A stretch of 64,000 nucleotides of DNA from an uncultured Candidatus Saccharibacteria bacterium (GTDB lineage Bacteria; Patescibacteriota; Saccharimonadia; Saccharimonadales; JAGQNJ01), in the NCBI GenBank assembly GCA_964491925.1, contig CAZBGZ010000002.1, forward strand, positions 49,492-113,491, written 5' to 3'. A model generated the notes under the pieces. That model searched no databases and was not told the origin of the DNA. It saw only the letters and a list, made by a program, of their open reading frames with translations. How positions within the stretch are numbered: position 1 is the first letter of the stretch; each line of letters begins with the position of its first letter. Made by a program: the position numbers and the translations under genes. Below are positions 17,939-26,260 of this stretch, in pieces.

Positions 17939-18445
17939 CTAAAGTCCAGAACCTTGGTAGCCACGTGCAACATAATCACCCCACGCAGTAACCGGTCCAG
18001 GGGTAACCATATCGAACTTTATCTGGTGAAGACCACCAGCAAGAATACCATGATCAATACACTGATGGTCTACGTTACCGTTCGCACTAAATTTATTAGA
18101 TGTTGCTCTGTGAATCCAGCCGTAATTGGTGAGTTCGTATATTTTCCATCGATAACTTGGACTATAAGGCATTGCCTGCCTATTAATGTTTGTATCGACG
18201 CATACCCAGCCACGACTATTGACTTTTGTGTAAAATAATCCTGAAAATTGATCACCAGACTCAGCTAGCCAATCTACAAATCCATCGTCTCTATAATCAG
18301 TTCTTGCTGTCAACGCAGTTTTGCGTGTGGCGGCATGCGATACCTGCAACGACACCACGCTCACAAATGCGAAACAAAGTAGCACAAACACAAATGTTGT
18401 CACAAACCTTATACTCTGACTTTTAACAAAATTAAATCTAATCAT
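17939..18445 (-). CDS. small secreted two-cysteine protein, paralog A
   Basis: 168 aa; signal peptide ending SHA-A. Core GWVCVD...YRWKIYE...GW...ANGNVDHQC...KFD aligns with the ORF at 33417..33893. GAGAGG SD 7 nt upstream. Confidence 0.6.
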   Translation of the reverse strand: MIRFNFVKSQSIRFVTTFVFVLLCFAFVSVVSLQVSHAATRKTALTARTDYRDDGFVDWLAESGDQFSGLFYTKVNSRGWVCVDTNINRQAMPYSPSYRWKIYELTNYGWIHRATSNKFSANGNVDHQCIDHGILAGGLHQIKFDMVTPGPVTAWGDYVARGYQGSGL

Positions 18446-18606
18446 GAAAAACCTCTCTATATTTATCGACTATATAATACTTTCGTAATATAGGCAACTT
18501 TAAGTTTCGAACTAGCACTTCCGACTGGATTGATTGCAAGCTGAACTAGGACACAACTTAGGGTCTCTGAAAAAACTCAATACATCCGACAAGACGATTA
18601 TCTAAT

Positions 18607-18683
18607 TGGTGATCCCGGCGGGATTCGAACCCGCGATCTCCTGGATGAGAACCAGGTGTCCTGAACCGCTAGACGACGGGACC
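18607..18683 (-). tRNA. tRNA-Glu (anticodon CTC)
   Basis: Minus strand GGTCCCGTCGTCTAGCGGTTCAGGACACCTGGTTCTCATCCAGGAGATCGCGGGTTCGAATCCCGCCGGGATCACCA. Anticodon loop TTCTCAT, CCA encoded. Confidence 0.9.
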
Positions 18684-18905
18684 TCGTCGATGTGTGATGT
18701 TTTAGTTTCTGGGCCAGCGACAAAATAAATTTGCTCGCTAACCCTAGAGACTAAAACAAGCCATCTTCCCTAAAATGCGCGAATCCTCTCGCACATTTGG
18801 GGAAATGCAACATAGATATTATGCATTGCATTTACAAAACATCCAAACCAAGACGCTTAGCGACTGTTTGGGTGTTTTAAAGGATAAACCGACCAAGCGG
18901 TAAGC

Positions 18906-18927
18906 CTTTTGTTATTTATAACAAAAG
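18906..18927. repeat. perfect 22-bp palindrome upstream of the histidine kinase gene (possible operator)
   Basis: CTTTTGTTAT-TT-ATAACAAAAG, flanked by CGACC...GGTCG and duplicated AAGCGG. Confidence 0.3.
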
Positions 18928-19055
18928 CAACAAGCGGGTCGTGTTTTGACGCAACAGGGGTATAACCTCAAAGCTTACTCTATTAAATTATTTTGAATTG
19001 CACTATACTAAAACGTAAGCAAAATAGGTGATAATAGGGTGGTAACTGATAGATA

Positions 19056-20846
19056 ATGCAACACGTTAAACCAAAATGGCTCCGGAACTACGCCTACTCT
19101 ATGCTATTGGTAGATATTTTGTTATTTGCAGGCTATTACTTCCTAAAAGCCACAAACGCTAGCCAGTCAAGAATTGACTTCTGGGGCATAACCCCATTGG
19201 TCCTAATTATTGCTGCTGTACATATTTTTACAACCCTAGTTGTTTATCCACTCGTCAGACAATACTCGGAGTGGGCTGCCTTCGTGACAGCTATGGTACC
19301 GTATGGCTTGTTACTATCGGCTGTCATCGAAACCAGCGGCAACACGAATCTATTCTATAGAGGCCTTTTTGTAATGCTAGTTTTTATGCTAAATATGGTT
19401 GGCCCATATCTGGCGATCGCATCTGTTGTAGTGGCTTGGATATTTCTATTTTTTGACTTTCTGAATTTAGGACACCCGATCCCGGAAGTAAGGGCGCTAA
19501 ATATAGTTATTGACATAATTGTAACCATATCCGCTATAGCTGGTTGGTTCTTTTTCAAAAAATACTACATACGAGACAAAGAAACTGCTGCAATGGCCAA
19601 CCTGCTCGAGCAAGAACAATTCAAGTCTAGTGTTATTTTAGAGTCTATCACTGATGGGGTCGTCGTCGTTAATACGGAGGGGGTAACTCAAATTATTAAC
19701 GCGAGTGCTGCTAATATGTTTGGCTGGGCAAAGGAAGAGGCGAAAAATCTACACTACAATTCCTTGTATAGCATCGTTGAGGAAGAAACAGATATTCAAG
19801 AATCTCAAAAATCTCAAAATGACCCAAACGACGTTGTCGCTTTGGTAATAAAAACTGGCAAGCCCCAACAAAAAGTTATTCAGGTGCAAACACGACATAA
19901 TAAGAGGGTTTTCGTCGATACAGTAGCCTCGCCGATATATCAAGATTTATTAACCGATTCGAACCAGCCGGCCACCAAGCAACTGGTTGGTGTCATTGTG
20001 GTTTATCGAGATGTTGACCAGCAAAAAAAACAAGAAAAACAGAGGACAGAGTTCATCAGCACCGCATCACACGAAATGCGGACCCCAGTTGCCGCCATCG
20101 AAGGCTATTTAGCCCTAGCCATGAATGATAAGGTTTGTCTGGTGGATGAAAAAGCAAGGGGATACCTAGAAAAAGCTCACGCATCAACCCAACACCTAGG
20201 CCAACTTTTCCAGGACTTGTTGACCTCTGCAAAAGCCGATGATGGACGACTAACTAGTCACCCTCAAGTTGTTGAATTAGGTGAGTACTTAGAGCACTTA
20301 ACAGAGGATCTGCGTTTCACAGCAGAGAAAAAAGGTCTAGCAATGAACTTTATTATGGGTTCAGAAGATACGCCAATGCCTTCGAGTAGCAAAGACAAGA
20401 AAGTCATAAAACCCCTATATTTTGTTGAGGTAGACCCGGATAGATTACGCGAAGTAATAACAAATTTAGTAGACAATGCCGTGAAATACACTCCTTCCGG
20501 TGGTATTTCAATTGGGCTCACAGGCAATAAAGATGTGGTTCAATTTTATATAAAGGACACTGGTTCGGGAATTCCTCCCGAAGATGCCAAGCACTTATTC
20601 CAAAAATTCTACCGCGTGGATAACTCGGCGACTAGGACTATTGGTGGTACTGGGTTGGGTCTATTCATTTGCAGAAAAATTGTAGAGCTTTATGATGGAA
20701 AAATCTGGATAGAAAGTAAAGTTGGAGACGGCAGTACTTTTTTTGTAAATCTACCTAGACTGGACAGCCAAAAAGCCCAGCTGCTTTTAAGCCAGAAGCC
20801 AGCAGAAGCATCGACTAATAATAAGCGGCCTAACATGGTACAATAA
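19056..20846 (+). CDS. sensor histidine kinase (multi-TM, PAS, HisKA, HATPase_c)
   Basis: 596 aa; about 6 N-terminal TM helices, FISTASHEMRTP H-box, DNAVKYT N-box, GTGLGLFICRKIVELYDG G-box. Confidence 0.9.
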   Translation: MQHVKPKWLRNYAYSMLLVDILLFAGYYFLKATNASQSRIDFWGITPLVLIIAAVHIFTTLVVYPLVRQYSEWAAFVTAMVPYGLLLSAVIETSGNTNLFYRGLFVMLVFMLNMVGPYLAIASVVVAWIFLFFDFLNLGHPIPEVRALNIVIDIIVTISAIAGWFFFKKYYIRDKETAAMANLLEQEQFKSSVILESITDGVVVVNTEGVTQIINASAANMFGWAKEEAKNLHYNSLYSIVEEETDIQESQKSQNDPNDVVALVIKTGKPQQKVIQVQTRHNKRVFVDTVASPIYQDLLTDSNQPATKQLVGVIVVYRDVDQQKKQEKQRTEFISTASHEMRTPVAAIEGYLALAMNDKVCLVDEKARGYLEKAHASTQHLGQLFQDLLTSAKADDGRLTSHPQVVELGEYLEHLTEDLRFTAEKKGLAMNFIMGSEDTPMPSSSKDKKVIKPLYFVEVDPDRLREVITNLVDNAVKYTPSGGISIGLTGNKDVVQFYIKDTGSGIPPEDAKHLFQKFYRVDNSATRTIGGTGLGLFICRKIVELYDGKIWIESKVGDGSTFFVNLPRLDSQKAQLLLSQKPAEASTNNKRPNMVQ

Positions 20847-20871
20847 TCCCATAAGAACATAAGCGTTAATA

Positions 20872-22113
20872 ATGCAAAAGGAAACCCAGGCAATGTCAAA
20901 GATAATGCTAGTTGAAGATGATAATTCGCTACGCGAGATATACGAAGCCAGATTAGCCGCAGAAGGCTATACGGTTGTTTCGGCTAAAGACGGCGAAGAA
21001 GCGCTCGCATTAGCCCTGAAAGAAAGGCCCGACCTAATAATTGCCGATATTATGATGCCGAAAGTTAGCGGCTTTGATATGCTCGATATCTTACGCTCAA
21101 CGCCCGAAACAAAAGACACAAAAATCATTATGATGACGGCACTCAGCCAAGCAGAGGACAAGGCTAGAGCCGAGAGTCTTGGTGCGGATAAATACTTAGT
21201 AAAATCGCAAGTAACACTAGAAGACGTCACCAGAGAGGCCAAAGACATGTTAGCGACGGTGGCTAAAGACTCAGACCTAGCTGTATCTAGTATGATAAGC
21301 GATAGTAGCAAACCTGTTGAGCCCACAAAGACACCAGAGGCATCTGTCCCGGCTGCAGATGTTCCAGCGCAACAACCAGCCGCAGCGCCGGCAAGCATAC
21401 CAGCAGAACCTGTGATTGCTACCGATAGCCCTGCTGACGATAGCACTTCCGCACTGCCAGCACCTGACCCAACCAACGCCCCGACTGACGAGCCCGCGGT
21501 CAGTCCCATTCCTGTCACCACACCACCAGAACCAACAGCGGATGAACCTGCCACGCCCGATGCTACCAGCGATACGCCAACCGAACCCGCCAAACCCGAG
21601 CCAGCACCCACCGCCATACCAGTAGCTGTGGCCGAGGACTCTAAAGACGAGACAGATTCACCGGCAACTGATGTTGAACCATTAGAAAAAGAGGCAAAAA
21701 ATCTTAGCGAGCCAGTCGAAGAAGAAAAAGAAGAAATGGATGAGCAAATGGACGAATTCATCGCGTCCAACCCAACACTATCTAGCTCTCCTGATGACAA
21801 TACTGCCAGCGATGACTCTCCACAATCGATTTCTGATGACAGCACTGGCGATAACGAAGTTAGTGATCCAGAAACAAAGGAAAAACAGAATGATAACGAT
21901 AAAATCACGACAAGTCAGTCATTTGTCAAAGACACTAATGACGAAGGGTCAGCAACGTCACTAGAGCACACCAAGCGAATTGAGCCAATTCCTGGTGCCG
22001 AAACGGAGAAACCAAAGCTAGAAGACTTACTAGCTAAAGAAACTGACGACACCAGCACGGCTCCTCCTGCCGTAAGCTCTGTAATTACACCTGAAGAACC
22101 AACCGATAATTAG
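20872..22113 (+). CDS. response-regulator receiver protein with ~290-aa acidic Pro/Thr/Ala/Glu-rich tail and no recognisable output domain
   Basis: 413 aa. The likely true start is ATG 20893 (MSKIMLVEDD; AAGGAAA upstream). REC motifs are DD, D in IIADIMMP, T in MMTA, K in KYLVK. The remainder is low complexity. Confidence 0.85.
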   Translation: MQKETQAMSKIMLVEDDNSLREIYEARLAAEGYTVVSAKDGEEALALALKERPDLIIADIMMPKVSGFDMLDILRSTPETKDTKIIMMTALSQAEDKARAESLGADKYLVKSQVTLEDVTREAKDMLATVAKDSDLAVSSMISDSSKPVEPTKTPEASVPAADVPAQQPAAAPASIPAEPVIATDSPADDSTSALPAPDPTNAPTDEPAVSPIPVTTPPEPTADEPATPDATSDTPTEPAKPEPAPTAIPVAVAEDSKDETDSPATDVEPLEKEAKNLSEPVEEEKEEMDEQMDEFIASNPTLSSSPDDNTASDDSPQSISDDSTGDNEVSDPETKEKQNDNDKITTSQSFVKDTNDEGSATSLEHTKRIEPIPGAETEKPKLEDLLAKETDDTSTAPPAVSSVITPEEPTDN

Positions 22114-22118
22114 ATTGT

Positions 22119-22127
22119 TGTTACAAT
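22119..22127 (+). promoter_or_regulatory. extended -10 element, leaderless-type spacing
   Basis: TGTTACAAT; 7 nt to ATG at 22135. Confidence 0.5.
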
Positions 22128-22134
22128 GTAATTC

Positions 22135-22809
22135 ATGAAACCAATTAGGGTTAATAAATTTGTAGCTCTCTGTAATACATCAATGTCTCGCAGAGCAGCA
22201 GACCGAGCCATTGAAATGGGTCGTATTAAAATAAATAGTGCTTTAGCGGTTCCAGGATCACTAGTCAACAACGGGGACCGAGTTACAATCGATGGCCGCC
22301 CGCTCAATCCACCCAAGCAGTTATTTACAGTATTGTTTAATAAACCCGTGGGTTATGTATGCAGTAAACGTGGACAGGGCAACCAGACAATTTATGATCT
22401 ACTACCCGAGTCATTCAGATCACTAAACCCAATCGGAAGACTAGATAAAGATTCCTCAGGACTACTGTTATTGACAAACGATGGTAACAGAGCGCAAGAG
22501 TTAACTCATCCCTCTAAACAAAAAGCTAAAGTATATGAAATTAAGCTAGATAAACCACTCTCTGATAAGGACGCAACAAAAATCACATCCGCGGGGGTAT
22601 TGCTCGGAGACGGAGAAAGCAAACTACAACTAGACAAATTGGGCAACAGTACTCTCGAGTGGAAAGTCTCTATGCACGAAGGGCGCAACCGACAAATACG
22701 CCGCACCTTTCAAGCTATGGACTACAAAGTAACTCGTATTCACCGCACACATTTTGGCCCATACAAACTAGGAGAGCTCGGAAGTGGTTTGTACAAGATT
22801 GTTAAATAG
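22135..22809 (+). CDS. rRNA pseudouridine synthase (RsuA/RluB family, S4 domain)
   Basis: 224 aa; N-terminal S4-like RVNKFVA...SRR, catalytic GRLDKDSSGLLLLTNDG. Confidence 0.85.
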   Translation: MKPIRVNKFVALCNTSMSRRAADRAIEMGRIKINSALAVPGSLVNNGDRVTIDGRPLNPPKQLFTVLFNKPVGYVCSKRGQGNQTIYDLLPESFRSLNPIGRLDKDSSGLLLLTNDGNRAQELTHPSKQKAKVYEIKLDKPLSDKDATKITSAGVLLGDGESKLQLDKLGNSTLEWKVSMHEGRNRQIRRTFQAMDYKVTRIHRTHFGPYKLGELGSGLYKIVK

Positions 22810-22850
22810 TATTTCAATCATATACCGCTGTTGTCAATATTAGTTACCTC

Positions 22851-22859
22851 TGTTATAAT
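22851..22859 (+). promoter_or_regulatory. extended -10 element, short-leader spacing
   Basis: TGTTATAAT; 11 nt to ATG at 22871. Confidence 0.5.
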
Positions 22860-22870
22860 GATGGTAAATC

Positions 22871-24340
22871 ATGAGTAAATCTAAAGTTCCGATTGTAGCT
22901 ATTGTTGGGCGTGCCAATGTTGGCAAGTCTAGTATTTTTAATAGTATTCTGCGTCGGCGCGAAGCGATAGTAGCCAATGAGCCGGGGACGACACGCGATA
23001 GCATATCTGCAAAGGCCCAGTGGGAAGAACACGATTTTTGGCTAGTTGATACTGCCGGTATGAAAGATCCCGAAGACGATTTTGAATTTACTATACAAGA
23101 GCAGATACAGCAGGCAGCTGAAAGCGCTGATATCATCTGGGTTGTTATCGAGGCAGATGCCGCCATAACAGATGAAGACAGGCGAGTAGCTAAGCAGGCA
23201 CTAAAAACCAGAAAACCTGTTTTTCTAGTCGTTAATAAGGCCGACAAAAAACCAAAGGCGCACACATCTGACTATCAACGCCTAGGCATCAAAGATATAT
23301 TCCTAACATCTGCTACCCAAAATCGTGGCATTCCTGCGATGTTAGATGTTTTGATAGAACGCATACCTAAAACCACAATTACTAACGACCCGGACCGTAT
23401 TACAGTTGCATTGCTAGGACGTCCAAACGTTGGTAAATCTTATCTATTTAATACTCTTGCCAAGAAACAACAGGCAATTGTTGCAGATGTGGCTGGTACC
23501 ACGCGTGATATCAATCGTGCAACCGTAAAATACATGAAAAAAGAGATTGAACTACTAGACACGGCTGGGATTCGTCGAAGTGGCAAAATAGAGCATGGTA
23601 TTGAAAAGTTCAGCGTTATCCGCACCCTCGCGGCCATAGAACAGTCTGACGTGTGTTTCTTGCTGATGGATGCTGGCGAGCTGAACACGTCACTAGACCA
23701 AAAAATAGCTGGCATGATAAAAGAATCAGGCAAGGGGCTGGTATTGGTTGTCAGTAAATGGGATACTCTAGAATCCGTACGTGGGCGCGCCGAACAAGCA
23801 GAAGAAAGAAAAAAGGCCAAACAAGAAGCAGCCCTAAAACAAAAAAGTTTAACAAAACAAGAAAAGAAAAAACTTTCAAAGTCTATCAGCTACGACAAGC
23901 ACGGTGTTATAAATAAGGACGCTTTTACTCGTGATGCGATAGCTCCACAAATCCAGGCTAACTTCTTATTCGTGCCTTGGGCATCGCTAATATTTACCAG
24001 CAGTGTCACTGGTCAAAATGTCACAAAATTATTCGATCTTGCCCAAAATATCGTGAATTCTCGACACACTCTGATAAAAACACCTCTCTTGAACCGTTGG
24101 TTGCAAGATGTCACTGACCAGCACCCGCCAGCTGGCCTAAAAAATAAAACGCCGAAGCTAAACTACATTATTCAGGAAGCCGAAAGCCCAACAAACTTCC
24201 AGGTATACGGGCGTGATACAAAGTTTCTACACTGGAGTTACAAACGATTTATGGAGCGCAAACTACGTGAAAAATATGGCTTTGAAGGTACCCCAGTAAA
24301 ATTCTGGTTCTTCGACAGCCGCGACAACACAAAAAATTAG
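22871..24340 (+). CDS. der: ribosome-biogenesis GTPase Der (EngA)
   Basis: 489 aa; two P-loops (GRANVGKSS and GRPNVGKSY), two DTAG motifs, NKAD and SKWD, KH-like tail. A Lys/Glu-rich insertion sits before the KH domain. Confidence 0.9.
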   Translation: MSKSKVPIVAIVGRANVGKSSIFNSILRRREAIVANEPGTTRDSISAKAQWEEHDFWLVDTAGMKDPEDDFEFTIQEQIQQAAESADIIWVVIEADAAITDEDRRVAKQALKTRKPVFLVVNKADKKPKAHTSDYQRLGIKDIFLTSATQNRGIPAMLDVLIERIPKTTITNDPDRITVALLGRPNVGKSYLFNTLAKKQQAIVADVAGTTRDINRATVKYMKKEIELLDTAGIRRSGKIEHGIEKFSVIRTLAAIEQSDVCFLLMDAGELNTSLDQKIAGMIKESGKGLVLVVSKWDTLESVRGRAEQAEERKKAKQEAALKQKSLTKQEKKKLSKSISYDKHGVINKDAFTRDAIAPQIQANFLFVPWASLIFTSSVTGQNVTKLFDLAQNIVNSRHTLIKTPLLNRWLQDVTDQHPPAGLKNKTPKLNYIIQEAESPTNFQVYGRDTKFLHWSYKRFMERKLREKYGFEGTPVKFWFFDSRDNTKN

Positions 24341-24365
24341 TTATTGGACTGATTGAGCAGCGTGC

Positions 24366-24374
24366 TGATAGACT
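24366..24374 (+). promoter_or_regulatory. extended -10 element, leaderless-type spacing
   Basis: TGATAGACT; 6 nt to ATG at 24381. Confidence 0.45.
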
Positions 24375-24380
24375 AGTTCT

Positions 24381-25049
24381 ATGGGTTTATTCACTAGGCG
24401 AACATCAGAGGAGATGGGACAACCGTATTATGAAATCACCAGCAACCCTCAGACTGGTTCTTCTTTGGTATCGAAAAATACAGTGCTTCTAGTAGGCCTG
24501 GGCAACGTTGGCAAAAAATACGACGGAACACGTCACAATATTGGTTTCGAGTGTATTGATGCGTTCGTAGAGGGGCAGGGATTCCCAGCCTGGACAGAAA
24601 AAAAGAACCTAAAATGCCTGGTTACAAAACACACAGTCGGCAAACTGCAGATTATTGCTATCAAACCGACAACCTATATGAACGAAAGTGGGCAAGCAGT
24701 TACTGCGGTTCAGCGGTTTTTCAAAGTTAATAATGCATGCACTATAGTAATCCACGATGATATCGATGTAGCTTTTGGCCAAATCCGTACCAGGATTGGT
24801 GGTGGATCTGCCGGAAATAACGGGATAAAATCATTGATAGCGCACATCGGTGAAGATTTTGGACGAATCCGTATCGGGGTGAAAAATAATCTATTAGAAA
24901 AAATGGGTAGTGCCGATTTTGTGTTGGCTAAATTCAACAAAGAAGAACAATCACAGATGATAAAACTAAAAAGGGAAGTATCAGCACTAATCAGCGAATA
25001 TACCGCTAGTGGCGAGCTACCACACGACACCCGCAACTTCCTACTTTAA
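24381..25049 (+). CDS. pth: peptidyl-tRNA hydrolase
   Basis: 222 aa; LLVGLGNVGKKYDGTRHNIGF signature after a ~30-aa N-terminal extension. Confidence 0.9.
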   Translation: MGLFTRRTSEEMGQPYYEITSNPQTGSSLVSKNTVLLVGLGNVGKKYDGTRHNIGFECIDAFVEGQGFPAWTEKKNLKCLVTKHTVGKLQIIAIKPTTYMNESGQAVTAVQRFFKVNNACTIVIHDDIDVAFGQIRTRIGGGSAGNNGIKSLIAHIGEDFGRIRIGVKNNLLEKMGSADFVLAKFNKEEQSQMIKLKREVSALISEYTASGELPHDTRNFLL

Positions 25050-25056
25050 AAATACG

Positions 25057-25644
25057 TCACAATTTAATTGGTAATTTTAGGCTTCGTCCTCTGAAATCAA
25101 GCATTCTAAGCAACCGCTTGCCGTTACTTCTGCCAGCATGATGCACCATATCATAATGCACTCTTCGCTGATTAACTTTTCTCAAACCCTGGCGCAGAAA
25201 TATTACATCGCGCGGCCCGTATTCCCATAGTAAATGTGGCTCAACGTTAACACTTCCATCTTCCTCTAACAAAAAAGGTTGATTAGACGCTGCAAAAAAC
25301 GCTTTTTCCCCAAAAACTGGTATAACTAATGTTATCCCCTCGGGGCATTCCTCATCTTGATGAGATGAAAGAAGGAATCGAGAATCTTCCGCTGATTTAT
25401 ACCGAAATGCAGCGCCTAACATCATGCGAGAACGACCGTTGGGTTCAATATCCTTACGAACTATTTCCAACTCCGGTAGCACAGCAAGTATCCCTTGCGG
25501 GCTCATTGTCTCTAATCCCTGTTCAGCCAGAGTTTTTATTGAGTCTTCTGTAATCATTCCTGCGACCTTTGCCGCGCCTTGAATAACGCAAGCTTCCAGC
25601 ACTTCAGGACTATATTCATTAAATTGTGTCGAGAATGTGATCAT
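25057..25644 (-). CDS. hypothetical protein
   Basis: 195-aa ORF. Contains SHQD...HH (HxD...H-like) residues, but no family was recognised. Confidence 0.5.
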   Translation of the reverse strand: MITFSTQFNEYSPEVLEACVIQGAAKVAGMITEDSIKTLAEQGLETMSPQGILAVLPELEIVRKDIEPNGRSRMMLGAAFRYKSAEDSRFLLSSHQDEECPEGITLVIPVFGEKAFFAASNQPFLLEEDGSVNVEPHLLWEYGPRDVIFLRQGLRKVNQRRVHYDMVHHAGRSNGKRLLRMLDFRGRSLKLPIKL

Positions 25645-25787
25645 TGAAACTTTTACCCATTATAACTGAAAAGAGCATACAGAGGGTTAGAAGTGTTATT
25701 GTAGCACTTCGCAAGGAAATTTTTCTATGACAACTTGTTATGGAAATCGTGGAATTTCGTGGTCACTCAAGCATGACTCTGGGCACT

Positions 25788-25827
25788 AAAAAGAGCCTCC
25801 AGAGGGGGTGGGCACCGCTGGAAGCTC
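25788..25827 (-). terminator. intrinsic terminator of the 25.8-26.2 kb RNA unit
   Basis: Minus strand GAGCTTCCAG, 15-nt loop, CTGGAGGCTC (10 bp with one G-U), followed by TTTTT (25792-25788). Confidence 0.6.
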
Positions 25828-26196
25828 ATTTCAGAGGACAAAGCTTGCGCCTTGTCCCCAATACCCTTCAACCCACCCCAGCGAAACATCAGCGCTAAAC
25901 GAATAGTAAAAGCCTGTGTCTGTTGCCCGTAAACGGGAAGCAATCATTTAGACTCGCTTTGAATTGGGGCCTTTTCAGTGTTTACGAGAAACCGCTGAAA
26001 AAGGTTGCTAGTTAAAGGGGTTAGTCTGTTTTAGAGCGTAGCCGTGTTCACGGCAGTGCTTTCAATAGTGGAGGGTAACAACTAGAAGGAAGCGCGCTCT
26101 AAAACAATCTAACTATTAACCCTGGATAACCCAAGGTAATGCTAGAATAGGGGGTATAAGGTACGATAAGCTTTAATAAATTAAAACTTACAGGTT
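25788..26196 (-). ncRNA. unclassified ~400-nt highly structured RNA (promoter-to-terminator unit lacking a long ORF)
   Basis: No ORF of 60 aa or more in any frame across 25645-26260. A strong promoter and a terminator bracket about 405 nt. Stems seen by eye are 26020-26038/26095-26113 (19 bp, 2 mismatches), 25970-25978/25995-26004, 25926-25937 and 25836-25857. Confidence 0.5.
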
Positions 26197-26199
26197 GCC

Positions 26200-26228
26200 A
26201 TTTTATCAAAAACATTTCATTATGTCAA
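26200..26228 (-). promoter_or_regulatory. near-consensus sigma70 promoter TTGACA-17-TGaTAAAAT
   Basis: Minus strand TATTGACATAATGAAATGTTTTTGATAAAATGGCAACC. -35 at 26228-26223, exact 17-nt spacer, extended -10 at 26208-26200. Confidence 0.6.
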
Positions 26229-26260
26229 TACTAAAATAGATAGTTGATTAAATAACAAAA

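Noticed and set aside
20967-21908. 313-aa ORF antisense to the response-regulator tail
   Set aside because: It is a mirror image of low-complexity coding DNA (Ser/Gly/Ala/Leu-rich). It lies entirely inside a gene with a clear receiver domain, and it has no start context.
26027-26113. GTTTTAGAGC, identical to the first 10 nt of the S. pyogenes Cas9 CRISPR repeat, and a second GTTTTAG...CTAAAAC hairpin at 18700-18758
   Set aside because: There is no repeat-spacer periodicity and no cas genes in the window. The motif is one arm of a long hairpin. Ten-nucleotide identity is expected by chance.
25788-26196. Attempted assignment of the ~400-nt RNA to RNase P, tmRNA or SRP RNA
   Set aside because: ACAGACACAGGCTTTT resembles RNase P CR-V. 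However, the only GAAAG-containing partner strands lie 50-150 nt away and are already used in local hairpins. There is no T-arm/CCA or plausible tag ORF for tmRNA. AGAAGGAAGCGCGC resembles SRP GGAAGCAGCC, but the 5' strand does not fit. The identity is left open rather than forced.
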